A stretch of 64,000 bases of DNA from an uncultured SAR86 cluster bacterium (GTDB taxonomy: Bacteria > Pseudomonadota > Gammaproteobacteria > Magnimaribacterales > TMED112): the NCBI GenBank assembly GCA_902526535.1, contig CABZLG010000004.1, positions 1,815 through 65,814 on the forward strand, given 5' to 3'. The notes under the pieces are model-generated. The model was not told the origin of the DNA. It saw nothing but the letters and a program-made list of their open reading frames with translations, and searched no databases. Both the position numbers and the translations under genes were made by a program. Within the stretch, counting starts at the first letter, position 1. The number at the start of each line of letters is the position of its first letter. Positions 18,661-29,210 of the stretch are shown here, piece after piece.

Positions 18661-18921
18661 ATGAAAAAAATAATTTTAATTTTACTTTCTATGTTTTCAT
18701 TCTATATTTCTGCAGATGAAGCAAAAGATACAAAGATCAGCGACATAACTGTTGAGCAATTAACAGATATCGTCAGACAGATTGTTCAAGAGACAATTGA
18801 AAAATGTATTGTTACAGGAGATATGGAAGGAAGGGCAAAACTAAATCTTGCAGTTGAAGGTGAAGTTGTTGCTCAAATGGTTTGTAAATTTGAGGAAGAA
18901 GAACAGCAAGAAACTGAATAA
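18661..18921 (+). CDS. small secreted acidic protein, unknown function
   Basis: 86 aa with a signal peptide (..FYISADE) and an acidic C-terminus (EEEEQQETE). Same strand as, and 38 nt after, the hydrolase-membrane fusion gene. Confidence 0.45.
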   Translation: MKKIILILLSMFSFYISADEAKDTKISDITVEQLTDIVRQIVQETIEKCIVTGDMEGRAKLNLAVEGEVVAQMVCKFEEEEQQETE

Positions 18922-18928
18922 ATAATTT

Positions 18929-20083
18929 TTAGTCGACTTCAGTAAAAGTCATTACATTTTTAGCTTCTAACCTCTCAATCAATTTAGCACCAAATGCTGG
19001 TGCAGTCGTATATATTCCTCCCTCAAGATCTGAACAATGATTTAATAAACAAAGTGCTGATTCTGTTATCATTTTTGAAGTAGAAGAATAACCAGGATCG
19101 CCCTGACCTTTGACTGATACTTTTAATTTAATTTCATTATCTTTAAGGCCTAGAAATAACATCTCATAATATCCTGAATCTCTTACTTCTTTTGAAGGTC
19201 CCTCTCCAGGCTTTGGCGCATTTCCAAGTGGATTATGTGAGGCTATAGCTTTAGCAACTTTTTCACCTTCATCACCCTTGCCTGCTGGAATCATTTCTTC
19301 ATAAATAAATTCTTCGCCATATGGGAAATTCAACATTAAATTTGATCTATGCACATTTTTTGTATTTATGGGAGCCATAAAAAAAGGAGCGACCCATTCT
19401 TCAGTAATCTCATCAAAGTAGGGTTTATTTCCATGTGGCTGATCAGCACCTTTAAATCCCTCACATAATGCAAAAGGATTTATCAATACTTGAAATAAAT
19501 CAGGATTTGTCTTCAATTTAGACATTGTCGCTTTTAAAGAAGCTAATGTACCTCCTGAAAATTCTCCTTTTAGAGATACAACTCTACATTTAATCTCTTT
19601 CAAGCTCACACCAAACTTTTCTTGAGCTAGATTTTGCGTGTAAAAAACGCCTAAATCGGATGGAATGGAATCATAGCCGCAGCTGTGTACTATTCTTGAA
19701 CCACTTTTTTTAGTTTCAGGAATAAATTTCTGCATTTCATACATCCATCCAGGCTCACCGCATAGATCGACATAATCCACTCCAAGTTTAGCGCACATTT
19801 CAATTAATAAATTTCCATACAACTGGTAGGGTCCAACAGTTGTAATAACTAATTTAGTTTTAGATAAAGCATTTTGAATATCATTTTGTGATTCTGAATC
19901 AATAATTAATATTGGTGTATCACAGGATAACTGTTCTTTAACTGCTTCAAGTTTATCTTTACTTCTACCTGCTAAAGCCCAGCTTATATTATCCTTGTAA
20001 TTATTATCTAAATACTCCACAACTAGCTTTCCTGTAAAACTGGTTGCGCCAAAAACAATTAGGTCAAAATCTTTGTTACTCAT
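18929..20083 (-). CDS. saccharopine dehydrogenase-like NAD(P)-binding oxidoreductase
   Basis: 384 aa with N-terminal Rossmann motif FGATSFTGKLV. The overall pattern is typical of the saccharopine dehydrogenase / trans-acting enoyl reductase-like family. Confidence 0.7.
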   Translation of the reverse strand: MSNKDFDLIVFGATSFTGKLVVEYLDNNYKDNISWALAGRSKDKLEAVKEQLSCDTPILIIDSESQNDIQNALSKTKLVITTVGPYQLYGNLLIEMCAKLGVDYVDLCGEPGWMYEMQKFIPETKKSGSRIVHSCGYDSIPSDLGVFYTQNLAQEKFGVSLKEIKCRVVSLKGEFSGGTLASLKATMSKLKTNPDLFQVLINPFALCEGFKGADQPHGNKPYFDEITEEWVAPFFMAPINTKNVHRSNLMLNFPYGEEFIYEEMIPAGKGDEGEKVAKAIASHNPLGNAPKPGEGPSKEVRDSGYYEMLFLGLKDNEIKLKVSVKGQGDPGYSSTSKMITESALCLLNHCSDLEGGIYTTAPAFGAKLIERLEAKNVMTFTEVD

Positions 20084-20084
20084 A

Positions 20085-21287
20085 TCAATGTTTTTTTAAA
20101 GTTAAATATATAAATTTTTTCTTTCCTATTTGAACTAATTTTTTTTCATCTAAACCAAAATCATAATCTTTCGATTCAATTTTCTGCTGATCAATTTTTA
20201 CTGCTCCTTGATTTATTAATCTTAAAGCCTCAGATGTGCTTGATACCATATCAATATCTTTGAGAATATTTGCTAGTGGAATAGCCTCTTTAGTCTTAAG
20301 AATTTTCTCTGGAATATTATCTGGTATTTCATTTTTTGAAAATTTCTTTAAAAAGTTTTCCTTTGCATTCTGGGCACTCTCTTTACTTGAAAATCTCTCT
20401 GTAAGTTCAAGAGCAAGAAGAATTTTTATGTCTCTTGGATTATCGCCTTTAGAGATTGCTTTTTTTAAAGCAGCTATTTCATCTAAAGGTTTTAAACTAA
20501 GTAAGTCAAACCACTTAAACATTATCTGATCTGGAATTGACATTGTTTTGCCAAAAATTTCATCAGGATCTTCAGCAATACCAATGTAATTATCTTCACT
20601 TTTTGACATTTTCTTTACTCCATCTAAGCCCTCAAGTAAGGGTAAGGTAATTACAGTTTGAGGCTCTTGTTGTGCATTTTTTTGTAAGTCTCTTCCTACT
20701 AAAAGATTAAATTTTTGATCAGTTCCACCTAGTTCTACATCAGTTTTTAAAAAAACAGAATCATATCCTTGCATAAGAGGGTACAGAAATTCATGTATTG
20801 ATATTGGCTGATTATTTTTATAACGTTTTGAAAAATCATCCCTCTCAATCATCCTTGCAACAGTTGACTGTGCTGCGAGAGTTATCATCTCAGTAGCAGT
20901 GAGTTTATTGCCCCAACGTGAATTAAAATCAACAATTGTTTTTTTGTCATCTAAAACTTTAAATACCTGAGATTTATAAGTTTCTGCGTTATTTTTTATT
21001 TCTTTTTCTGATAATGGAGGTCTAGTTTTATTCTTACCACTTGGATCGCCAATTTTTCCAGTAAAATCACCAATTAAAAAAACTACATTATGACCGAGGT
21101 CTTGGAATTGCCTCATTTTTCTAAGAATTACAGTATGTCCCAAATGCAAATCAGGTGCAGTGGGATCAAAGCCAACTTTAATATTAAGTTTTTTTCCTTT
21201 CTTTAATTTTGCTATTAATTCTTTTTCACCAATAATCTCATCGATGCCTTGTTTAATAATTTGAAGTTGTTCTTTGTAATTATTCAT
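20085..21287 (-). CDS. tyrS: tyrosine--tRNA ligase
   Basis: 400 aa with class I signatures HLGH and KMSKS, plus a C-terminal S4-like domain. Confidence 0.95.
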   Translation of the reverse strand: MNNYKEQLQIIKQGIDEIIGEKELIAKLKKGKKLNIKVGFDPTAPDLHLGHTVILRKMRQFQDLGHNVVFLIGDFTGKIGDPSGKNKTRPPLSEKEIKNNAETYKSQVFKVLDDKKTIVDFNSRWGNKLTATEMITLAAQSTVARMIERDDFSKRYKNNQPISIHEFLYPLMQGYDSVFLKTDVELGGTDQKFNLLVGRDLQKNAQQEPQTVITLPLLEGLDGVKKMSKSEDNYIGIAEDPDEIFGKTMSIPDQIMFKWFDLLSLKPLDEIAALKKAISKGDNPRDIKILLALELTERFSSKESAQNAKENFLKKFSKNEIPDNIPEKILKTKEAIPLANILKDIDMVSSTSEALRLINQGAVKIDQQKIESKDYDFGLDEKKLVQIGKKKFIYLTLKKH

Positions 21288-21313
21288 AGTGCTTTATATA
21301 TAATATCAACATC

Positions 21314-22543
21314 ATGAATATTGATTATCGCTTAAAGTTTGCATTGTTTCTAATTATGGCAGCAATTGTTTTTTTTATGTTCAAAGCAAACAACATTTTT
21401 GAAAACAAAATTGTTACCCACCAAAGCAAGAGTATAACTTTCAAGGATGATACAAAGCCAATTCAAATAGGTTTTACTGACGAGACAACATATAAAATTA
21501 AAAAGGGGGATACTTTTTACTCACTTTTAAAACAATTAAAAATTAATCCTTTGCTAATAAATAAAATAGTAAACGATGAGAACTTAAATTCTTTTAAAAC
21601 TCTTTTGCCAGGCAATGAAATAATATTTTCAAATATCGGTAAAAAAATATTCTTGAAAAAATTTGATGGAAAATCGGCAGTAGATCTAATAGAGATTTCT
21701 GGAGATGAATTTAAATTAAAAAAATTAACAAACCTCAATTCTTACCTTGCTTTTAAAGAATACAAAATTGAAAGATCATTGTATGAATCTGCTTTAAAAG
21801 CAGAGGTTCCAAATAATATTATTGATGAATTAATGATAGTTTTTGGATGGGATATAGATTTTGTTTTTGATGTAAGGGTTGGTGACAAAGTTAAGGTTTT
21901 ATATACAGAATTTTATCTTGAGGGAAGACTTCTTGGGAATTCAGATATTTTAGCTGCGACATTTATAAATAATGGAAAAGAATTCTCTGTTTTTAGATTT
22001 TCCCAACAAGGAATAAAAGACTACTTCTCTGCGGATGGTAAAAGTGTGAAAAAATCTTTCTTGAAAACTCCTATTGAATTTGCCGCTATTACATCGCCTT
22101 ACAATTTAAAAAGGAAACATCCAATCTTGAATACAATAAGACCACACACTGGGACAGATTACAGAGGAAAAACTGGGACCCCAGTAAAGGTTACAGGAGA
22201 TGGAATTGTAATCAGAGCAAACTTTTCAAACTCATATGGAAATACTATTGATGTTAAACACTTCAATAAATATTTAACAAGATATGCACATTTAAATAAT
22301 TTTGAAAGAAGTATCAAAGTTGGATCAAGAGTGAAGCAAGGACAAGTAATTGGTTATGTGGGTTCTACTGGATTAGCTACTGGACCACATTTACATTATG
22401 AATTTCGAATTAATGGAAAGCATACTAATCCAGTAAATGTGTCTATGCCCGATGCTCAGCCTATAAACCAATACAATAAAGCTGCATTTAATAAAGTAAC
22501 TAAGGGGAGAATAGATTTAATTAATAATCTTTCATCAATCTAA
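21314..22543 (+). CDS. M23-family murein endopeptidase with N-terminal anchor and LysM/OapA-like region (MepM-like)
   Basis: 409 aa with M23 motifs HTGTDY and GSTGLATGPHLHYEF. Its position between tyrS and anmK matches Pseudomonas. Confidence 0.85.
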   Translation: MNIDYRLKFALFLIMAAIVFFMFKANNIFENKIVTHQSKSITFKDDTKPIQIGFTDETTYKIKKGDTFYSLLKQLKINPLLINKIVNDENLNSFKTLLPGNEIIFSNIGKKIFLKKFDGKSAVDLIEISGDEFKLKKLTNLNSYLAFKEYKIERSLYESALKAEVPNNIIDELMIVFGWDIDFVFDVRVGDKVKVLYTEFYLEGRLLGNSDILAATFINNGKEFSVFRFSQQGIKDYFSADGKSVKKSFLKTPIEFAAITSPYNLKRKHPILNTIRPHTGTDYRGKTGTPVKVTGDGIVIRANFSNSYGNTIDVKHFNKYLTRYAHLNNFERSIKVGSRVKQGQVIGYVGSTGLATGPHLHYEFRINGKHTNPVNVSMPDAQPINQYNKAAFNKVTKGRIDLINNLSSI

Positions 22544-23535
22544 TGGGAAATAATTCAGCCTTTATTGGAATAATGTCTGGTACAAGTAAGGATGCTTTAG
22601 ACGGTGGGCTTTATGTTTTTGAAGAAGAAAAAAAATCATTCAAATTTCATCATTTGCAAAGCATAAATTTTTCAAAACAGTATAAAAATTTGCAGAGTAC
22701 TGAATTAATAAATGAGGAAATAACCAATAAATCCATTAAGCTTGTCGAGAAAATACTTGAACAAGTTAAATATACCCCAGATGGAATTGCTTTTAGTGGA
22801 CAAACAATTAAACATACAGATTCAAAAAGTTTACAAGCCGGAAATCCACAATTAATTGCAAACTCTACAGGAATAAAAGTTTATTCAGATTTTAGAAATT
22901 GGGATATCAAAAATGGTGGAAAAGGAGCACCATTAATACCTGCTTTTCATGAGTTTATATTTTCAGAGGGTTCTGAAACAAAGCTAATTATCAATGTTGG
23001 TGGAATTGCAAATGGCACACATCTTGTTGATACAGGTATTAACATTGCTTCCGATATAGGGCCGGGAAATTGTCTATTAGATTATGCAGCATCTAAAATT
23101 GTAAATATTGATTTCGATAAAGACGGCAAAATTGCATCAAGAGGAAAAATCAACAAAAAATTATTTGAGGAATTAATCAATAATTTTCCTGAAAACATAT
23201 ATCCCAGGGCAGATGATCTTAAGGTCTACACAGATTATTTTTTTAAAAATTTTGAAAATTTTAAGAAATTACCTCAAAACGATGTTTTTAGAACGCTTAC
23301 AGAAATAACTGCTGAAATGATATTTAAATTTTTTGTATTTTGTAAAAAGCCTGAAAAAATAATATTACATGGAGGTGGAACTCTGAACAGTTTTCTTATG
23401 AAAAGAATAGAACAGAAAATTGAAAAGAAGATACATACAACAGATGATTTCGGAGTTCCTTCAAAATATGTTGAATCAGCTGGTTTTGCCTACTTAGCTT
23501 ATAAAAAAAGGTCTGAGATTTTTTTCCCTAAATAG
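22543..23535 (+). CDS. anmK: anhydro-N-acetylmuramic acid kinase
   Basis: 330 aa with N-terminal IGIMSGTSKDALD (the GxMSGTSxDGxD motif). M23-anmK-erpA synteny supports the call. Confidence 0.85.
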   Translation: MGNNSAFIGIMSGTSKDALDGGLYVFEEEKKSFKFHHLQSINFSKQYKNLQSTELINEEITNKSIKLVEKILEQVKYTPDGIAFSGQTIKHTDSKSLQAGNPQLIANSTGIKVYSDFRNWDIKNGGKGAPLIPAFHEFIFSEGSETKLIINVGGIANGTHLVDTGINIASDIGPGNCLLDYAASKIVNIDFDKDGKIASRGKINKKLFEELINNFPENIYPRADDLKVYTDYFFKNFENFKKLPQNDVFRTLTEITAEMIFKFFVFCKKPEKIILHGGGTLNSFLMKRIEQKIEKKIHTTDDFGVPSKYVESAGFAYLAYKKRSEIFFPK

Positions 23536-23875
23536 AGAAAGACGCTCCGCATCCACAGGTTGATTTAGCATTTGGATTTTCCACTGTAAATTTCGCACCC
23601 ATTAAATCTTCTTTATAATCGACTATAGATCCAGCAATATACGGATATGAAAGTTCATCAAGAAGAATTGAAAGCTCATTATCAAATTTTAAGATATGGT
23701 CTTCATCTGTATCTAGATCATCAAATTTAAAACCGTATTGAAATCCTGAACAGCCTCCACCAGTAACATATACTCTAAAGAGTTTCTTATCTTCATTTGT
23801 TTGAAGGCTTAAGATTTTCTTCTTAGCACTGTCCGAAAGGGCAAATGGTGTTGCTTTATTTGATTTTACTTCCAT
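23528..23875 (-). CDS. erpA: iron-sulfur cluster insertion protein (A-type carrier)
   Basis: 115 aa with GGGCSGFQY and a C-terminal CGCGASF motif. Confidence 0.9.
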   Translation of the reverse strand: MEVKSNKATPFALSDSAKKKILSLQTNEDKKLFRVYVTGGGCSGFQYGFKFDDLDTDEDHILKFDNELSILLDELSYPYIAGSIVDYKEDLMGAKFTVENPNAKSTCGCGASFSI

Positions 23876-23938
23876 AAATAAATATTAACTTTGCATAATT
23901 CTAACAAAAAAAATTAATGAACTATAATTCAGAAAGAC

Positions 23939-24460
23939 ATGTCAAAAAAAATACTTTTAATACACTCTAGTGTTGATGGTCACACAGTCAAAATTCTTGA
24001 TGAAATATCTTCTCTGATTGGGAAAAAAAGAAATATAACAAAGAAATGCATTTCAGATGTAAGTAGAGGCTTAATCAAGCAAAGTGATTCTATAATTATA
24101 GGGGCTAGCATAAGGTATGGAGATCATCGAAAAAACCTTTATGATTTTGTCGATCAAAATAAGGATCTGCTTGATGAAAAAGATAATGCATTCTTCAGTG
24201 TGAATGCAGTTGCAAGAAAAGATGATAAGAATACCGCAATCACAAATCCATATATTGCAAAATTTTTACGTAAATCAAAGTGGAAACCAAAAAAAATTGA
24301 GGTATTTGCTGGGAAAATTGATTATCCAAAATACAATGCTTTCGATAAGTACATGATTAGATTAATTATGTGGATTACGAGTGGCCCTACAAATATGGAT
24401 GAAAGTTATGAGTTTACAAACTGGAATCAGGTTAAAAAGTTTGCACAAGAGATTTGTTAA
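23939..24460 (+). CDS. hemG: menaquinone-dependent protoporphyrinogen IX dehydrogenase (flavodoxin-like)
   Basis: 173 aa, collinear with E. coli HemG (IGASIRYG, FSVNAVARK, YPKYNAFDKYMIRLIM). Confidence 0.85.
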   Translation: MSKKILLIHSSVDGHTVKILDEISSLIGKKRNITKKCISDVSRGLIKQSDSIIIGASIRYGDHRKNLYDFVDQNKDLLDEKDNAFFSVNAVARKDDKNTAITNPYIAKFLRKSKWKPKKIEVFAGKIDYPKYNAFDKYMIRLIMWITSGPTNMDESYEFTNWNQVKKFAQEIC

Positions 24461-25092
24461 AAATGTTAAAAAATATTCAATCTGGTATATACGCAATAAC
24501 TCCTACATACCTAAGAGCTGATGAGCTTTTAAATGCTGTAGAAGATACGCTTTCATCTGGTATTGAAGTCATACAGTACCGCTTTGATGATTCCATAAAT
24601 TTTGATGAAAGATTGAAAACTGCGACAAAATTAAAAAAAATATGTATAGAAAATAATACCTGCTTTATTATCAATAATGACTACTTACTTGCAGAATATT
24701 TAGGTACGGGGTTACATGTAGGACCAGATCTCAAAGACTTAAGTTTTCTGCTAAAAAGTGAAAATATTGAGCTTACTGGTCTTAGTTGTAAGTCTGATAT
24801 TTCAGCTCAAAAAAATGATTTAAATAATATCTTCTCTTATTATTCTTTTGGGCCTACTTTTTATTCACAAACAAAAATGAGTGAAAGAGGTGAGATTGAT
24901 TTAAAATACGTATCAAAAAATATGGATGAGAACTCAATAAATATTGCTATTGGAGGAATCAATAACACAAATCTCTCACAAATTAAAAAATGTGGTTTTC
25001 AAATGGCTGCAATTTGCGAAGGCATTTACTCGGATAAATTACGGATTAAGGAAAGAAGTAAACAATTATTAGAAATTTGGAATGAAAACTAA
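24454..25092 (+). CDS. thiE: thiamine-phosphate synthase
   Basis: 212 aa with a ThiE-like N-terminus (IYAITP...GIEVIQYRFDD). The thiE-hemL adjacency matches Pseudomonas. Confidence 0.7.
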   Translation: MLKMLKNIQSGIYAITPTYLRADELLNAVEDTLSSGIEVIQYRFDDSINFDERLKTATKLKKICIENNTCFIINNDYLLAEYLGTGLHVGPDLKDLSFLLKSENIELTGLSCKSDISAQKNDLNNIFSYYSFGPTFYSQTKMSERGEIDLKYVSKNMDENSINIAIGGINNTNLSQIKKCGFQMAAICEGIYSDKLRIKERSKQLLEIWNEN

Positions 25093-26374
25093 AAACTCCA
25101 AGGAACTATTTAAAAAATCTAAAGAACATATTGCAGGAGGTGTAAACTCCCCTGTTAGAGCTTTTAAAAGTGTTGGTGGAACGCCTATTTTTTTTAAAAA
25201 ATCTAGAGGTTGTTATCTTTATGATGAGGATGGCAATAAATATTTAGACTTCGTTGGCTCTTGGGGGCCAATGGTTTTAGGGCATTCAAATAAAGCAATT
25301 GTAAGTGCGATAAAAAAACAAACTTCAAAAGCAATTAGTTTTGGTGCCCCAACAAAAAATGAATTAGAAATTGCAAAAATAATAAAGAGCTATATTCCTA
25401 GCATAGAAAAACTTCGTATGGTTAATTCAGGCACAGAAGCTACTATGAGTTGTATAAGATTAGCCAGAGGTACAACTGGTAGAAAAAAAATCATTAAATT
25501 TATAGGTTGCTACCATGGGCATGTAGATTCATTACTTGTAAAAGCTGGCTCAGGTGCTGCAACACTTGGTGTACCAGACTCACCAGGAATACCAGAAGAA
25601 CTATCTAAATTAACAATTACACTTGAATACAATAATACCTATGAACTTAAGAAGGCTTTCACTAAATTTGGAGAGGATATTGCAGCAGTGATAGTTGAAC
25701 CAATTGCAGGAAATATGGGGTTTATTGAACCTGAAGGAAACTTTCTTAAAACTTTAAGAAGTCTTTGCACCAAAAATAAATCAATTTTAATTTTTGATGA
25801 AGTAATGACAGGCTTTAGAGTTGCCAGAGGTGGGGTTCAAGAACTTTTTAATATAAAGCCAGATCTAACTGCACTTGGAAAAATAGTTGGAGGAGGATTG
25901 CCAGTTGGAGTGTATGGAGGAAAGGCCAAAATAATGAATAATATTTCTCCTGATGGACCTGTTTATCAAGCAGGTACATTGTCTGGTAACCCTGTAGCTG
26001 TAAGTGCTGGAACAGCACTGCTGAAACAATTAAAAAATAAAAAAATGTTTAGTGAATTAGAAAAAAAGGGTGAAATATTCCTAAAAGGTCTTAAAAATGA
26101 GGCAAAAAAAAATGGCATACCATTTAGCTATAACATAAGAGGAGGTATGTTTGGTTTCTTTTTTTCTGATAAACTTCCCAGAAATTTTCAAGAAGTTTCT
26201 GATTCAAATATAAGTATGTTCAATAAATTTTTCCGACTGATGTTAGAGCAAAGTGTATATTTACCTCCTTCAGCTTTTGAAAGTTGTTTTTTATCTACTG
26301 AACATACACAAGATCAATTAATGAAAACTGTTAAGCTATCGTCTAAAGTTTTCAAAAATCTAAGTAATGGATAA
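25082..26374 (+). CDS. hemL: glutamate-1-semialdehyde 2,1-aminomutase
   Basis: 430 aa with GGVNSPVRAF, class III aminotransferase motifs and the PLP lysine context (LGKIVGGGLPVG). Confidence 0.95.
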   Translation: MKTKNSKELFKKSKEHIAGGVNSPVRAFKSVGGTPIFFKKSRGCYLYDEDGNKYLDFVGSWGPMVLGHSNKAIVSAIKKQTSKAISFGAPTKNELEIAKIIKSYIPSIEKLRMVNSGTEATMSCIRLARGTTGRKKIIKFIGCYHGHVDSLLVKAGSGAATLGVPDSPGIPEELSKLTITLEYNNTYELKKAFTKFGEDIAAVIVEPIAGNMGFIEPEGNFLKTLRSLCTKNKSILIFDEVMTGFRVARGGVQELFNIKPDLTALGKIVGGGLPVGVYGGKAKIMNNISPDGPVYQAGTLSGNPVAVSAGTALLKQLKNKKMFSELEKKGEIFLKGLKNEAKKNGIPFSYNIRGGMFGFFFSDKLPRNFQEVSDSNISMFNKFFRLMLEQSVYLPPSAFESCFLSTEHTQDQLMKTVKLSSKVFKNLSNG

Positions 26375-27350
26375 TTTAGATATTCTTGGTGTAGGCAATG
26401 CTCTTGTTGATGAAACTTTTTATATCGAAGAGGATTTAGTTAGGAAAACAAATTTAAATTTCAATCAGTTCAAACAAATAAGTTACTCTGAACAAAAAAA
26501 AATAAAATCATTAATAGGAAATCAGGATCCTGAAATAGTTTGCGGTGGATCAACAACAAATAGCCTTGTAGCAGCTTCTAATTTTGGCTCTAAATGTGGA
26601 CATATATGCCAACTGGGAAGAGATTCATTGGGTAATTTGTACGAAGATAACTTAAAGGAAAATAATATTGAAGTTATTAACTCCTTGAGACTAGATAAAA
26701 TAAATACCGGTAGATGCTTGGTTTTAATTTCACCAAATAGCGAAAGAACAATGGGCACTTATTTAGGCGCGTCCGAAAATTTACAATTTAATAAAGATTT
26801 TTTGGTTGCTCTGGAAAAATCACAAATTTTGTTTTCTGAAGGATATCAATTTACTTCAAATCAGAACTATGATGTTTTTTTACAGATTATAAAAATGGCA
26901 AATCATGAGATTGATTTTGCTCTAAGTCTTTCAGATCCAAATGTAGTAAATATTTTTAAAGATCGTTTTTTAGAGGTCCTTAAAATCAAACATGCTAGAT
27001 ACTTATTTTGTAATAAAGATGAAGCAATTGCCCTTGCTGGCGAAAATTTTAAGAATGAATTGCCAAAGTATGCTCAAAATTTTGTTGTCACAGATGGTGC
27101 AAATGAGTCCTTCATATTCGAAAATGGCCAGTCATCTAATATAAAAGCATTTAAAGTTGATGCTGTTGATTCAAATGGTGCGGGTGACATCTTTGCTGGT
27201 AGTTGTTTACATGCAATTGTATCTGGTGAAGATTTTCATGAATCCTGTAAGTTTGGTAATTATGCTTCGTCTAAAATAGTTCAAGAAAGAAGTCCAAGAC
27301 TTTCACAAGAAGGATATGTAAAGCTTAAGGAAAGTTATCTAGAATTATGA
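26367..27350 (+). CDS. PfkB-family carbohydrate/nucleoside kinase (adenosine kinase-like)
   Basis: 327 aa with an N-terminal GxGNALVD motif and a C-terminal DSNGAGDIFAG (PfkB signature 2). Confidence 0.8.
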   Translation: MDNLDILGVGNALVDETFYIEEDLVRKTNLNFNQFKQISYSEQKKIKSLIGNQDPEIVCGGSTTNSLVAASNFGSKCGHICQLGRDSLGNLYEDNLKENNIEVINSLRLDKINTGRCLVLISPNSERTMGTYLGASENLQFNKDFLVALEKSQILFSEGYQFTSNQNYDVFLQIIKMANHEIDFALSLSDPNVVNIFKDRFLEVLKIKHARYLFCNKDEAIALAGENFKNELPKYAQNFVVTDGANESFIFENGQSSNIKAFKVDAVDSNGAGDIFAGSCLHAIVSGEDFHESCKFGNYASSKIVQERSPRLSQEGYVKLKESYLEL

Positions 27351-28570
27351 AACCTGCAGTTCTTAATCATAAAAGCTTTAATTTGAATACAAATTTAATT
27401 TCAAAAAACTGTTTATCAATTATCTCAAAACTACATAAAAAAGGTTACCAAGCATATATTGTGGGAGGGGGTGTTAGAGATTTGATTCAAAAACTTGACC
27501 CAAAAGACTTTGATATTGTTACAAATTGTGAGCCAACACAAATAAGAAAAATTTTTAAAAACTCAAGAATTATTGGACGTCGTTTTAAATTAGTTCATGT
27601 CACATTTTCAGATGAAATTGTAGAAACTACTACTTTTAGATCTGACTCTAAAGATAATGGGGAATCAATAGAAGTAAATGAAAAAGGAAGAATTCTCAGA
27701 GATAATAGCTGGGGAACTCAGGAAGAGGATGTTAAAAGAAGAGATTTTAAAATTAATTCGCTTTACTATGACCCATTTAAAGGAGAGATCATTGATTATT
27801 TTGGAGGAGTTAAAGATCTAGGGAGTAAAAATGTTACGTTTATTGGCGATCCTGAAAAAAGAATTTTAGAAGATCCTGTAAGAATACTAAGAGCAATAAG
27901 GTTCGCGGCAAAATTAAACTTTAATATCGAAAAGGGTGCAAAAAAAGTCATTCTTGAGCAAAAACATCATCTGTATGAAATTTCACCTGCAAGGATTTAC
28001 GAAGAAGTTATAAAATTATTTTTATCTGGACATGCCGAGAGATCCTATAAAATTCTTAATGAATACAAGGTATTTGAAATTCTTTTCCCTCACGTCTCAG
28101 ATGTTAAACATGAGTTTAAAAACTTTTTTTTAACAGCATTTAAAGAAACAGATAGGAGATATAAAGTAGGGAAAAAACTAAATCCTGGGTTTGTTTTTGC
28201 TCTTTTACTGTGGCCAAAAGTTTTTAAAAAGTCGAATATATCAAATCAGATAAATTTTAGAAATTTTTATCAAGCAATTTCAGAAGTCACAAGAAAACAG
28301 CAAATTATAACTTCGGTACCAAAAAGATTTACAAGCTTTATAAAGGATGTATGGATGCATCAACCAAGATTTCAAAGGACGGGTAGGAAAACACTTAGAT
28401 TCTCAAATAATTTGAGATTTAGAGCTGCATTTGATTTTTTTCTTCTCAGAGGTTCTATTGAACCAAATCTCAAAGATGATATTGAATGGTGGACAGAGTT
28501 TAGAACTGCAAATTATGATAAAAAAATAAAGCTTTTAAACTCAAGAGGAAGAAAATTTGTCAAAAATTAA
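27347..28570 (+). CDS. pcnB: poly(A) polymerase I
   Basis: 407 aa with the nucleotidyltransferase motif YIVGGGVRDL...DFDI and an RFAAKL segment. Confidence 0.85.
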   Translation: MKPAVLNHKSFNLNTNLISKNCLSIISKLHKKGYQAYIVGGGVRDLIQKLDPKDFDIVTNCEPTQIRKIFKNSRIIGRRFKLVHVTFSDEIVETTTFRSDSKDNGESIEVNEKGRILRDNSWGTQEEDVKRRDFKINSLYYDPFKGEIIDYFGGVKDLGSKNVTFIGDPEKRILEDPVRILRAIRFAAKLNFNIEKGAKKVILEQKHHLYEISPARIYEEVIKLFLSGHAERSYKILNEYKVFEILFPHVSDVKHEFKNFFLTAFKETDRRYKVGKKLNPGFVFALLLWPKVFKKSNISNQINFRNFYQAISEVTRKQQIITSVPKRFTSFIKDVWMHQPRFQRTGRKTLRFSNNLRFRAAFDFFLLRGSIEPNLKDDIEWWTEFRTANYDKKIKLLNSRGRKFVKN

Positions 28571-29210
28571 ATTACCAAGCTATATTGCGATAGAGGGACC
28601 TATAGGTGTTGGAAAAACCTCACTGGCACAAAAAATTGCCAAAGAGTATGATTATGACCTCTGTCTTGAAAAACCAGATGATAATCCCTTTTTAGGATCT
28701 TTCTATAATGACCAGCAGAAATATGCTTTTTCCACTCAAATGTTTTTTGTTATGCAAAGATCACAACAAATTAATCAATTCTTTTCTGAAGATTTATTGA
28801 AAAAAAATATTATTTCCGATTTTATCTTTCAGAAAGAGTCGCTTTTTGCAGAAGTAAATCTTTCTGATGAAGAATTAAAAATTTTTGAACAAGTTAAATC
28901 TAAATTTTACGAAAAATATCCTAAACCAGATCTTTTAATATATTTACAAGCATCTCCCAAAAGAATTTTTGACCAAGTCAAAATGAGGGGAAAAGAATAT
29001 GAAGAAAGAATTAATTTGGAGTATTTGGAGAAGATATGTTCCAAATACTCTGAGTTCTTTTTCAGTTACTCTGAATCTCCCCTATTGGTATTAAATGTAG
29101 ATGATGTTGATTTTGTCTCAAATCAAATGGACTTCAACCTAATAATAGACTGTGTCAAAAAAAATATTATAGGTCGTGAATTCATAAACTTATCTCCAAG
29201 TTTCTTCTAG
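28557..29210 (+). CDS. deoxynucleoside kinase family protein
   Basis: 217 aa with P-loop EGPIGVGKTSLA. The dNK-like layout resembles the dCK/dGK family. Confidence 0.75.
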   Translation: MSKIKLPSYIAIEGPIGVGKTSLAQKIAKEYDYDLCLEKPDDNPFLGSFYNDQQKYAFSTQMFFVMQRSQQINQFFSEDLLKKNIISDFIFQKESLFAEVNLSDEELKIFEQVKSKFYEKYPKPDLLIYLQASPKRIFDQVKMRGKEYEERINLEYLEKICSKYSEFFFSYSESPLLVLNVDDVDFVSNQMDFNLIIDCVKKNIIGREFINLSPSFF

